Shown here one piece after another: positions 1-10,742 of a DNA stretch of 64,000 nucleotides. The first letter of the stretch is position 1. Each line of letters starts with the position of its first letter. A model generated the notes under the pieces. That model ran no database searches. It saw nothing but the letters and a program-made list of their open reading frames with translations, and was not told where the DNA came from. Location of the stretch: contig JAADII010000169.1 in assembly GCA_013151415.1 (NCBI GenBank), positions 2,545 to 66,544 of the forward strand. Direction: 5' to 3'. Both the position numbers and the translations under genes were made by a program. The stretch comes from Chloroflexota bacterium (GTDB lineage: Bacteria > Chloroflexota > Anaerolineae > J102).

Positions 1-1
1 C

Positions 2-262
2 GAAGGCTTCACCAAATGGGCGCCTATGCTCGTAGTGGCCGTTGGTTACAGTCTTTCCTTTTACCTGCTCTCCTTGCTTCTCAAATATGGCGTTCCCATC
101 GGCATTGTCTACGCTATCTGGTCGGGATTGGGTACGGTGGGCGCGGTCGCGGCCGGCGTCATTCTGTGGCAAGAACGGCTCAACTTTTGGGCCATTATGG
201 GCATTGTCTTCGTTATCGGAGGCGTGGTCATGATCAATCTAACGACAAATCCGAGCCATTGA
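2..262 (+). CDS. SMR/QacE-family small multidrug efflux transporter (5'-truncated by window edge)
   Basis: The frame reads EGFTKWAPMLVVAVGYSLSFYLLS...PIGIVYAIWSGLG..., which matches the SMR signatures (EGF, P-x-G-x-x-YAIW-x-G-x-G). Confidence 0.9.
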   Translation, partial: EGFTKWAPMLVVAVGYSLSFYLLSLLLKYGVPIGIVYAIWSGLGTVGAVAAGVILWQERLNFWAIMGIVFVIGGVVMINLTTNPSH

Positions 263-310
263 CCGAATAAGGGTTCAGCGCTGAAATGAGCTTAATGAAC
301 ACCCTACCCA

Positions 311-1126
311 TCACAACGCCCTGGCATAGGCCACGCCGTTCTCGAACAGCTTCAAGCCCATTTGGCCGCTCTGGCCGCGATGATGGTTGGGATGTTGATA
401 GGGGAGAATATGGTTTTCGGGATGGGGCATAAGACCGAGAATATTGCCCGCAAGGTTGGTGACGCCGGCAATGTGCGCGTCCGAGCCGTTGGGATTGATG
501 GGATAAGGGCCGGGCCGCCCCGCTTCATCGACATAGGTGAAAGCCACGAGCTGATGAGCCAAAATCGCCTCGAGCGCGTCCGCGTCGCGCGCCATAAAAC
601 GGCCTTCGCCATGCGCGACCGGGCAGAAGATGCGCTCGAGATCATGCAACCACGGCGAGGGGTTGGCGCGATTCGGCTCGAGATGCACCCACCGACATTC
701 AAAATGCGCGGATTCGTTGCGGGTGAGGGTGACGAGTCGCCCGCCATCCTCACCCGCATCTAAATTGGGGATGGCTCCGGGAAGCAAGCCGGTCTTCACC
801 AGCACCTGAAACCCATTGCAAATGCCTAGGATGGGCTTGCCCGCGTTCGCGAACGCGTGAAGCTGGTCGCCCAAATCGTGCAGCAGACGCACGGCCCACA
901 ACTTGCCCGCGCCCAGATCGTCGCCATAGGAAAAGCCGCCGGGAATGACGAGCATGGCGTAATCGCTCAGCCTTCGCTCGCCCGCCAACAACTGGTTGAT
1001 GTGCACGATTTCCGGCGCGCCGCCCGCCCACTCGCAGGCGATGGCCGCGTCCATGTCGCGATTTGTGCCGGGAGCGTGGAGGATGGCGATGGGTGGAGAG
1101 AGCGCACTTTGCCGGAGTTGCGTCAT
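311..1126 (-). CDS. purQ: Phosphoribosylformylglycinamidine synthase glutaminase subunit
   Basis: Motifs PGTN, PGGFSYGD, GICNGFQ, AHGEG and MPHPE; lies directly downstream of purL. Start taken at MTQLRQ. Confidence 0.95.
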   Translation of the reverse strand: MTQLRQSALSPPIAILHAPGTNRDMDAAIACEWAGGAPEIVHINQLLAGERRLSDYAMLVIPGGFSYGDDLGAGKLWAVRLLHDLGDQLHAFANAGKPILGICNGFQVLVKTGLLPGAIPNLDAGEDGGRLVTLTRNESAHFECRWVHLEPNRANPSPWLHDLERIFCPVAHGEGRFMARDADALEAILAHQLVAFTYVDEAGRPGPYPINPNGSDAHIAGVTNLAGNILGLMPHPENHILPYQHPNHHRGQSGQMGLKLFENGVAYARAL

Positions 1127-1157
1127 GGCGAAACCTGCGGGAGAAACAGCGATAGGA

Positions 1158-4088
1158 TCATTCAAGCGCGCCAAATGCGAACGCCAACGCTTTCACCGAG
1201 GCATCGATGCAAGGACGCCCTTCTGCGGTGCGCACAATCAGGCGTTTTTCTGCGGTCACGCGACCGATAGAGGCCAGAGGCTGGCCGGCCAGGGCCTTTT
1301 CGAACGCGATTGCATGCTTAGCCGGGACCTCGATGAGAAAACGGCCCAAAGATTCGGAAAACAGGGCTTGAGCCGGGGTGAGCGGTTCGGATGTGGGAAT
1401 GGCGGCCAGCGATATTTCCGCGCCCAAATCGCCGCCAATGCACATCTCGGCCAGCGCCACGGCCAGCCCGCCCTCGCTCAGGTCGTGCACCGCGGCCGCC
1501 CAGCCCGCGACAATCGCGCGATGAAGGCCGCGCATCCTGTCAAGGGGCGCGTCGTAAGGTCGGGGAACGGAGGCGCCCAACTCGCCGAACAGGTCGTAAT
1601 AGACCGAGCCGCCCAGTTCGGGCCGAGTCTCGCCCAGCAGGTAGAGCGCGTGTCCGGCCTCTTTCAGGTCGGTGGTGGTTGTGCGTCGCATGTCGGGCGC
1701 GACGCCCACGGCCGAGATAAGCAACGAACCCGGGATGGCGTGTTTGCGTCCGTCCGCGCCCGTGTATTCGTTGTTCAGGCTGTCCTTGCCGGAAATGAAA
1801 GGCGTTTGGTGGGCCAGGGCCGCGTCATAACAACCGCGCGCGGCCCTCACCAACGAGCCGAGACGATCGGGCAAATTGGGATTTCCCCAGCAGAAATTAT
1901 CGAGAATGGCGATACGGTCCGGGTCCGCGCCCACGGCCACCGCGTTGCGCACGGCCTCATCCACACAGGCCCAGGCCATAAAATAGGGGTCGATGAGCCC
2001 ATAGCGAGGATTGATCCCCACAGAAAGCGTCGCGGCGGGCAAGCTCTCATGCTGGAGGGCGTCTGGCTCGCGGCCAACGAGCGTGGCTTGCGGCAAGATG
2101 ACGGCCGCGTCGCCAGGCCCGCGTTGGCCTGCTCCCACCAGCGGCTTGACCACCGTCCCGCCTTGGACTTCGTGGTCATAACGATGCAAAATCGCGGCGC
2201 GAGAGCGGACGTTGGCATGGGCCAGGGCCTGCAAGAGGAGGGGCGTCAGGTCGGAGGAAGGAGGGAGGTTGGGCTCACTCAGGCCAGGTCGGGTCCAGAC
2301 CGCGCGCAATCGCCGACGAGGGACGCCATCGTGCAAAAAGGCCATCTCGAGGTCGGCAACCAGGGTCTCGCCATAATAAACGCGCAAACGCTTCGAGCCG
2401 TCGAACTCGCCCAAGATGCTAGCCTCCACATCATGGGCGCGACAAATGGCCTGGAATGCGTCCCAGTTTTGGGATGGAATGGCCAGCACCATGCGTTCTT
2501 GCGCTTCGGATAGCCAGATTTCCCAAGGGCGCAGGCCCGGATACTTGAGGGGCGCGCCCTTCAACTGCACGCGCGCGCCCACATGTTCGCCCATTTCCCC
2601 CACCGCCGAGCTAAATCCCCCCGCGCCGCAATCGGTGATGGCGTGGTAAAGCCCCGCGTCCCGCGCCCGCAGCACAACTTCCATGACCTGCTTTTCCACA
2701 ATGGGATTGCCGATTTGTACGGCTGTTCCCGCGATCTCGGCCGTGGCGTGGTCCATCTCCATGCTGGAAAAGGTGGCCCCGCGCAGACCGTCGCGGCCGG
2801 TGCGACCGCCGATGGCCACAATAAGATCGCCCGCCTGCGCGTTGGTGAGGGGGCGATGACTGCCACGCGGAAGCGCGCCCAGGCAACCACAATAAACCAG
2901 CGGGTTCGCGGTGAAGTCGCGATGGTAATGCACCGCGCCGTTCACCGTGGGGATGCCCATCTTGTTGCCGTAGTCCTCGATGCCGTGGATGACGCCCTCG
3001 ACCACGCGGCGCGGATGAAGCGAACCGGCCGGAACCTGCTCTGCCGGCAAATTCTCGGGGCCAAAGCAGAGGACGTCGGTGTTGGCGATGGGCCGGGCGC
3101 TCACGCCGAGGATGTCGCGAATGACGCCGCCCACGCCGGTGTTCGCGCCGCCGAAAGGCTCCAGAGCCGACGGGTGATTGTGCGTTTCCACCTTGAAGGC
3201 CAGGTCGAGGGTCTCGTCGAAGGCAATGACGCCGGCGTTGTCCACAAACGCGGAGTGCACCCAGGGCTTGGCGATGGCCTCGGTGGCCGCGCGAATATAC
3301 GTGTCTAGCAAACCGTCGATGACCGCGTCCTCGCCGTCCGGCTCTTCGCGATAATGGATGATGGCCTTGAATGTCTTGTGCACGCAGTGTTCGGACCAGG
3401 TCTGGGCCAGGGTCTCCAGCTCCACGTCGGTGGGATCGCGGTTTTGTTGGCGATAATAGGCCTGGATGGCCAGCATTTCGTCGCGATCCAGGCTGAGACG
3501 ACGCTCCCGACTGAGCGCGAGAAGATGGTCGGGAGTGAGGTCGCGTAAGGGAATGGTCTCGACCAGAGGCCGGTCGGACTCGAATTCGCGGCTTTCGACA
3601 AAAGGCGGCGCGATAGGGCGATTGATGGCGAAACGCTGCACGGTGTCGTTGGCCAGCAGGTCGCGCGCCAGCCTCGCCAGGATTTCTTCATCCAACGCTT
3701 CGAGAAAGCGATAGCGCCAGCCCGAGGCCGCGACCCGAACGTTTTTATAGCCCAAACTGCGGGCGACCGAAAGCAGCGATTCGGCCACGCTATCGGTGAC
3801 GCCGGGCAGATAGGTGATCTCGATGGTCGATTCTCCGGCCCGAGGCCCGGCCGCGAGATCAAGAGGACGACAGTCCAGCGTATCCGCGACCGGGTCCAGC
3901 AATGCGGTTTGGGCCAGGGCTTGCGCTTGCTCGAGAGAGAGCTCTCCGCCTATGAAATATAGATTACTGACGATAATGGACCCTATCGTCAGGGGCAATG
4001 ACTGGGCCGAACGACGGATGGCTTTGGCCCGACCATCCTCTGAACCCAAACGAGGCGTGATTTCGATGCGATAGATGTTTTGCGGCAT
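1158..4088 (-). CDS. purL: Phosphoribosylformylglycinamidine synthase PurL with two fused N-terminal PurS-like domains
   Basis: Motifs QTWSEHC, KVETHNHPSALEPFGGANTGVGG, DCGAGG, SEAQERM and HDLSEGG. The N-terminal ~175 aa resemble PurS (LPGVTD...LLAND). Confidence 0.95.
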   Translation of the reverse strand: MPQNIYRIEITPRLGSEDGRAKAIRRSAQSLPLTIGSIIVSNLYFIGGELSLEQAQALAQTALLDPVADTLDCRPLDLAAGPRAGESTIEITYLPGVTDSVAESLLSVARSLGYKNVRVAASGWRYRFLEALDEEILARLARDLLANDTVQRFAINRPIAPPFVESREFESDRPLVETIPLRDLTPDHLLALSRERRLSLDRDEMLAIQAYYRQQNRDPTDVELETLAQTWSEHCVHKTFKAIIHYREEPDGEDAVIDGLLDTYIRAATEAIAKPWVHSAFVDNAGVIAFDETLDLAFKVETHNHPSALEPFGGANTGVGGVIRDILGVSARPIANTDVLCFGPENLPAEQVPAGSLHPRRVVEGVIHGIEDYGNKMGIPTVNGAVHYHRDFTANPLVYCGCLGALPRGSHRPLTNAQAGDLIVAIGGRTGRDGLRGATFSSMEMDHATAEIAGTAVQIGNPIVEKQVMEVVLRARDAGLYHAITDCGAGGFSSAVGEMGEHVGARVQLKGAPLKYPGLRPWEIWLSEAQERMVLAIPSQNWDAFQAICRAHDVEASILGEFDGSKRLRVYYGETLVADLEMAFLHDGVPRRRLRAVWTRPGLSEPNLPPSSDLTPLLLQALAHANVRSRAAILHRYDHEVQGGTVVKPLVGAGQRGPGDAAVILPQATLVGREPDALQHESLPAATLSVGINPRYGLIDPYFMAWACVDEAVRNAVAVGADPDRIAILDNFCWGNPNLPDRLGSLVRAARGCYDAALAHQTPFISGKDSLNNEYTGADGRKHAIPGSLLISAVGVAPDMRRTTTTDLKEAGHALYLLGETRPELGGSVYYDLFGELGASVPRPYDAPLDRMRGLHRAIVAGWAAAVHDLSEGGLAVALAEMCIGGDLGAEISLAAIPTSEPLTPAQALFSESLGRFLIEVPAKHAIAFEKALAGQPLASIGRVTAEKRLIVRTAEGRPCIDASVKALAFAFGALE

Positions 4089-4133
4089 GGCGGCTTCGAA
4101 AATAGCGTCCAATGTCCGAAGTCCGGGGCGGGG

Positions 4134-4192
4134 GGTTCAAGGTTTCTGGTTCAAAGTTCAAGGTTCAAGATTCAAGGTTTAAAGTTCAGGTT
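4134..4192. repeat. Degenerate heptamer tandem repeat (GGTTCAA)n, about 8 units
   Basis: Sequence reads ggttcaa ggtttct ggttcaa agttcaa ggttcaa gattcaa ggtttaa agttcag. Confidence 0.8.
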
Positions 4193-4390
4193 CGTGTGAT
4201 GGCGCGCTTCCGCAAGCAACGATCCATCTCTTGAAGACAACGCGATATGAACCCTGAAAAAGCTCAACGCAGAGAGACACAGAGAGCGCAGAGGGAAAAA
4301 TAGCGTGCTCGGCGGACAGGGTTGAGAATGTAAGCAAAATCCGGTAAAATAGTGGCAAGTCTTGACTCGGACGATCAAGGATAGTGGACT

Positions 4391-4795
4391 ATGCGAACTT
4401 CATACAAATATGAAGAAAAGTTGGCTCAACATCAAAAAATACATTCTGGAAAGTCCATATCAAAGCGGGACGTGAACGAAGGCCAGATTGAGCGGATCGC
4501 TCGATCCTGTCAGCGCGTTCTGGCCAAGCATTACGGCCATCGCTTGAAAGGAGTTGTTTTATATGGCTCGGCCGCTCAAAACAAAATGGACGAAGAAAGC
4601 GACATCGACTTACTCGTTCTTCTTCGCAAACCATTTGATTATTTTGCGGAATTGCGACGGATTATCGACCTACTCTATCCGGTTCAACTAGAATCTGACC
4701 GTCTGATATCCGCCAAACCGGCGGCCATTGACGAATTCGAAGCCGGCGCCATTCAACTCTATCGCAATGCCAAAATGGATGGCCACGTAATATGA
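4391..4795 (+). CDS. MNT-family minimal nucleotidyltransferase (antitoxin of HEPN/MNT pair)
   Basis: GS-X10-DxD motif (YGSAAQNKMDEESDIDL); 4-bp overlap with the downstream HEPN gene. Confidence 0.88.
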   Translation: MRTSYKYEEKLAQHQKIHSGKSISKRDVNEGQIERIARSCQRVLAKHYGHRLKGVVLYGSAAQNKMDEESDIDLLVLLRKPFDYFAELRRIIDLLYPVQLESDRLISAKPAAIDEFEAGAIQLYRNAKMDGHVI

Positions 4796-5187
4796 ACCAC
4801 CAGCATGAGCAGGAGATTCACGCGAGTTTGGAACGAGCGAATGCCTCGATTCAAGCAGCGAAAACACTCTTGGCCAACGCTTATCCCGATTTTGCGGCAT
4901 CCAGAGCTTATTACGCCGCCTTTTACGCCGCGACTGCTCTGCTGCTCAGCGAGGGCCTCAAGTATCGCAGGCACAGTGGAGTAATCGCTGCCATTCATCG
5001 TGAATTCGTAAAGACGGGCGAACTGAGCCAGGAGCAGGGCAAGCATTTGAACTGGCTATTCGAATTGCGCAATGTTGGGGATTATGGGATGACCCTCCAT
5101 GTAACATCAGAAACCGCGGAATCGGCCATTGCAGCCGCTCAAGACTTTCTCGACGCTGTTCAAACCTTATTGGAAAGTCGCCATTAG
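4792..5187 (+). CDS. HEPN domain protein (toxin partner)
   Basis: Motifs SRAYYAAFYA, HSGVI and RNVGDY, typical of the HEPN/UPF0332 group. Confidence 0.88.
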   Translation: MNHQHEQEIHASLERANASIQAAKTLLANAYPDFAASRAYYAAFYAATALLLSEGLKYRRHSGVIAAIHREFVKTGELSQEQGKHLNWLFELRNVGDYGMTLHVTSETAESAIAAAQDFLDAVQTLLESRH

Positions 5188-5206
5188 CCACTAATGACCG
5201 TCTGTC

Positions 5207-6748
<1,542 letters not shown>

Positions 6749-6798
6749 TCAGTAGATGAGACGCTTGGGAATCGAGCGGGATGAAGCCATGGCCGAGC

Positions 6799-7749
6799 TC
6801 ACGGAAGCAACGTCACTGGAATGCGGGTCTCGTCAATGCGACGGCCATCGCGAGGGCTTACGCCATAGACGCTGATAAGGGCCGGTGTGGGAGATGAGGG
6901 AGCGAACTCGAAATCGGCCGAAAACAAATCATACATGATCGCTCCGCCGATGCTTGTGGTTTGCTGCAACAAGGAGCCGTTGCGGTCTTGCAAGTCTATA
7001 ACCACACCCCCTTCGAATGTCCAGGAATAGCCGCTCACCTTGCCTGTGGGTCGCCACTTCTGGCCGACCCGAGGCGTAAACACATCCAACATGCGTTGTC
7101 CAGGAATGAGAACAATGGGAATGATCACTTTGTTGATTTCAGCGCCGCTGCGAGCATCTATTTCGAATAATTCCAAGACGGCCGACGACTCGCCCTCTTG
7201 CAAAGTCTCGAAACGAATGTAAGTATGAAAGAAATCATACTTCACGCCACCGCCCGCGGCAATGCGCTCAGCCAGAACTTCGCCGGTCTCCGCATCCTTC
7301 AAGCGAATGTTCACCGCGCCTTCAAATGTGCGGGAAAAGCCGATGATTTCGATAGGGCTATGGTATACGCCCTCCGCCACCGGCGAAAACACCTCAATGG
7401 CCGCAGCCGGAGGGGGCCAAGGCTTGGGAGTGGGGGTTGGTTTGGGTCTGGCTTTTTTCTTTCCCGGAATGCAAAGACGCTGGCCTACGTATATGCGATT
7501 GACGTTGCGAATGCTGTTCGCTCGCGCCAACGAACGCACCGATACGCGAAAACGCGCCGCGATTTGCGACAATACGTCCCCTTGTCTGACCACATAAACG
7601 CGGCGGCACTGGGCCGCAACCGAAGGAGCCTGGCCCAAATCGGCCTGCACTGCAACGGCACCCCCCAATGAGAAAAGCGCCGCCAACACCAACGCCAACC
7701 AGCGCAGGCGCGAACGCCTGACACGCGTTTCAACGTCCCATCGTCTCAT
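6799..7749 (-). CDS. Secreted LysM protein with two Gmad2-like Ig domains
   Basis: Signal/TM helix, LysM (YVVRQGDVLSQIA...ANSIRNVNRIYVGQRLCIP), a PT linker, then two repeats containing G-x-S-x-TFEG-x-V. Confidence 0.75.
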   Translation of the reverse strand: MRRWDVETRVRRSRLRWLALVLAALFSLGGAVAVQADLGQAPSVAAQCRRVYVVRQGDVLSQIAARFRVSVRSLARANSIRNVNRIYVGQRLCIPGKKKARPKPTPTPKPWPPPAAAIEVFSPVAEGVYHSPIEIIGFSRTFEGAVNIRLKDAETGEVLAERIAAGGGVKYDFFHTYIRFETLQEGESSAVLELFEIDARSGAEINKVIIPIVLIPGQRMLDVFTPRVGQKWRPTGKVSGYSWTFEGGVVIDLQDRNGSLLQQTTSIGGAIMYDLFSADFEFAPSSPTPALISVYGVSPRDGRRIDETRIPVTLLP

Positions 7750-7812
7750 TGTCCTATCATCCCTCCTGATTTGAGCTGCACTCAAGTGAGGTGGAGAAAA
7801 CCGCCCTTACGA

Positions 7813-9366
7813 TTAATTTTGGGGCGTGGGCGTCGCGGCCGCGGTTTGGGACATGCCCGGAGGCAGTGCGCCCAGCCCTCGATGGGGCAGCTTTTCCAGG
7901 CGGGCCAGTTTACGGCGCGCCAATGGCAATGTCGTCCAATGATAGATCATGGCCGCGACCTGACGCAAGTGTCCTTTACGCCACCGCCTTGGGTGCAGCG
8001 CCACCCTGGCCAATCGCCGTGCATATTTCCGCGCCCGGTATTCTTTGTGCAGCGTCACATGCAACTGCCGATAAAACTCGGTTGCATATGGCCCATGGTA
8101 CAACATGGCCAGGTCCTCAGAATCTTGCCAATTTTGCTTCACCCCGAGCTGATCCTTCACTCGTTCATAAAACTTCGTGCCCGGCAAAGGATAAGACACC
8201 GACATGCCAATGTCATCGGGTTGGCAATCGCGCACCATTTGCAGCGTCTTTTCGATATCCTCTCGCGTCTCGCCGGGATAACCGAACTGCAAGAAAAACC
8301 CCACCCTGACGCCATGCCTGTGCAGCAACTCGGTCGCCTGATAAATCTGCTCCACGCGCGTGCCCTTCTCCATCGCGTCCAAAATTTTTTGTGAGCCCGA
8401 CTCAGCCCCCACCCAAACAATGTCGCAGCCGGCCCGCTTCATGGCTTCCACCTCGCCCTGGCGCAATAGCAAATCCACCCGGCTCAAACACTTGAAGGGA
8501 ACCAACGCGTCCTCTTGCGCCACCAACTCGGCGAAGCGCGTCCACCAACCTGGCTTCAGACCCACAATATCATCTGCAAACCAAATGTGATCGGGATGAT
8601 AGGTTTGCTTCAACCATTTCAATTCGGCCACCACGTTTTCGGGGCTGCGCGCATTATAACGCTGCCCCCAAATTGGCTTGGCGCACCAGTTGCAATGATA
8701 GGGACACCCTCGCGTGGTGACCATATTCATGGAATAATAGCCGTGCCGCTCCCGCCAAATGCCTCGATACCGCTCCACATCCACAAGATCCCAGGCCGGA
8801 AAAGGGAGGCTATCCACATCTTTGATGTCGGGACGGCGAGGCGTGATGATGAGGTCGGATGAAGAAGGCCGTTCGGGATGGCGCAAAAACGCCAGGCCCA
8901 GAATTTGGTCGAGGGGCATGTGAGAGCGGCCGGTGAGATGATCGAGCAGCTCGGCCAAAGTGCGCTCGCCTTCGCCAATAAGAACGAAATGCGCGCCGCT
9001 TGCCAGATAAAGGCGCGCGTGGTCAGAGGCGTCGGACCCCGCCACAATGACCGTGCACCCGCGAGCGCGGGCCATCTCGATCATGGTGAACGCGGCTTGC
9101 CTCATACGCAGCAGGCACATTTTAGAAAGATAGTTGAAGTTGTCTTCATAGATAACCGCATATTGAGGTTGCGTTTCATCCAAGGCGGCCGCCCATTCCT
9201 CCTCCGAGCTGGCCAACATGGCGTCGAAAAGAGCGACCTCATATCCACGCGCTCGCAAGAACGCGGCCGCATACATGGTCCCCAATGGCGGGTAGGGCTG
9301 CATCGCCTCCCAAAGCTTGGGATCGAAACGAAGATAGTAAGATTGGCCAAAGAGAATCTGCGCCAT
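7813..9366 (-). CDS. Cobalamin-binding radical SAM enzyme (BchE/HpnJ-like class B)
   Basis: N-terminal PPLG B12-binding domain; motifs TRGCPYHCNWC, GAESGSQ, GYPGET and PLPGT. Start at MAQILFG. Confidence 0.9.
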   Translation of the reverse strand: MAQILFGQSYYLRFDPKLWEAMQPYPPLGTMYAAAFLRARGYEVALFDAMLASSEEEWAAALDETQPQYAVIYEDNFNYLSKMCLLRMRQAAFTMIEMARARGCTVIVAGSDASDHARLYLASGAHFVLIGEGERTLAELLDHLTGRSHMPLDQILGLAFLRHPERPSSSDLIITPRRPDIKDVDSLPFPAWDLVDVERYRGIWRERHGYYSMNMVTTRGCPYHCNWCAKPIWGQRYNARSPENVVAELKWLKQTYHPDHIWFADDIVGLKPGWWTRFAELVAQEDALVPFKCLSRVDLLLRQGEVEAMKRAGCDIVWVGAESGSQKILDAMEKGTRVEQIYQATELLHRHGVRVGFFLQFGYPGETREDIEKTLQMVRDCQPDDIGMSVSYPLPGTKFYERVKDQLGVKQNWQDSEDLAMLYHGPYATEFYRQLHVTLHKEYRARKYARRLARVALHPRRWRKGHLRQVAAMIYHWTTLPLARRKLARLEKLPHRGLGALPPGMSQTAAATPTPQN

Positions 9367-9368
9367 GT

Positions 9369-10292
9369 TTAGTCCTTGCTCCTTTTTTCTTCCACACCAT
9401 CGATGCGGCGAGCGTAGACGTCCAATATGCGGTGCGCGTGACCGTCGAAATGACCTTTGCACCAATCGGGCGAGAACGCGGCCTCGTCTTGATGTGGAAA
9501 CTGGTGACGGAACTTGTCGATCTTACGCGTCATTTCCCATTGTTCGGCCTTTGCGCCAAGCCGAGTGCCGAGAACCCTCTCGGCCGCGCCGCGCAAGGGA
9601 CGCCAGGCGCGAAATCGGCCGTTGAGCCGAAAGCGTCCATTCATCATGGGCGGCGGCCCCACAGCATTGGGGAGAAAATCGAACAACCAATCATTGACTC
9701 GTCGCATGCGCGTATAAACATCCATGCCAAACAAGGGGCGCATCTGCGCCAGCTCGCGAGCCGTGAAAAGATTGTGCGGCTCAACGGTCAAAGCGCGCTC
9801 GGAGAGAAAAAAATTCGGGCACAAGACCACGCCGCGACGCTCGGCCATCTTCACCAAACCCACCACCATGGCCCGGCACAACCACAAACGGCCCGGAGAG
9901 GTGACGATGAGATAATCAATATCGCCATCTTCATCCACGTTGTTGACGGCCAGTGAGCCGGTTACAGCCACCATGCGCACAAAAGGCAGCGCCTCCATGA
10001 GCGCAGCATAATGCAGCGCCTGCGGCCACAAGCGCTGAGCGACCTGCTCGCGATGCTCTCGGATCGCCACAATGCCCTCGCGCCCCGCCAATAAGATATA
10101 TCTTCCACGACGAACAAGACGCTCTCTCAGCCGCGGGCTTTGGGCGAGCGCCGCTCGCACCTCTGCAAGGGTGGCCGGCTTCCCCACCAGGTAGCGATGG
10201 ATTTCGCTCTCGGTAAGCGGATAATCGAAAACATCTGCGTAGACTACGGTCTGCAAAATGGCGGATTCCAAAGCGGAGATCATAATGGACAT
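9369..10292 (-). CDS. Pol-beta-superfamily nucleotidyltransferase-like protein
   Basis: GS...DxD motif (VTGSLAVNNVDEDGDIDYLIV); its stop lies 2 bp from the radical SAM start. Confidence 0.75.
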   Translation of the reverse strand: MSIMISALESAILQTVVYADVFDYPLTESEIHRYLVGKPATLAEVRAALAQSPRLRERLVRRGRYILLAGREGIVAIREHREQVAQRLWPQALHYAALMEALPFVRMVAVTGSLAVNNVDEDGDIDYLIVTSPGRLWLCRAMVVGLVKMAERRGVVLCPNFFLSERALTVEPHNLFTARELAQMRPLFGMDVYTRMRRVNDWLFDFLPNAVGPPPMMNGRFRLNGRFRAWRPLRGAAERVLGTRLGAKAEQWEMTRKIDKFRHQFPHQDEAAFSPDWCKGHFDGHAHRILDVYARRIDGVEEKRSKD

Positions 10293-10611
10293 GATGAGTT
10301 GCGTAGAGCAAAAATGACCTTATGAGCGAGGCGGCTTGACGCATCAAGCATGGAAACGAGTTTCTCCGATAGGGCCAAACGCATGGGAGAATGGACCCGT
10401 TCCTGGCTTGCAAGCTTTGCAAGCCCCTACGCCTCGCGACTCAGGCGCTGTCGTAGAAAAAACGTCCGGATAAGCGCGGGCGAAATCGCGTATGCATCTA
10501 TTATTACGCCTGCACTGGTGGGATAGATGCCTGTCAAATGGGATGCACTATCGTATCGCGAAGCAAAGCTCAGGAGCAAACATGCGTTCGACAAGGCTTT
10601 CACCACCGACA

Positions 10612-10640
10612 TTGACAAAAAGCCTCCATCCCCTTACGAT
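10612..10640 (+). promoter_or_regulatory. Sigma70-type promoter for the TIR-STAND-FGE gene
   Basis: TTGACA-17bp-TACGAT; supports a start at 10743 rather than 10527. Confidence 0.65.
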
Positions 10641-10742
10641 AAATCAGCCAGAGAATTGCCTGCTCTCCCCGCGAGGACGCTCTCGGCCCCATCGAGAGAC
10701 GCGCCTCCTATCCCCGCGTCGTCAAGGGGGCGGGAAATAAAC

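Noticed and set aside
996-2513. Long antisense ORFs (also 5417-6580, 31627-32991, 41521-42777, 45162-47432, 61607-63982)
   Set aside because: They are shadow ORFs opposite clear genes, expected from high-GC codon bias, and carry no motifs.
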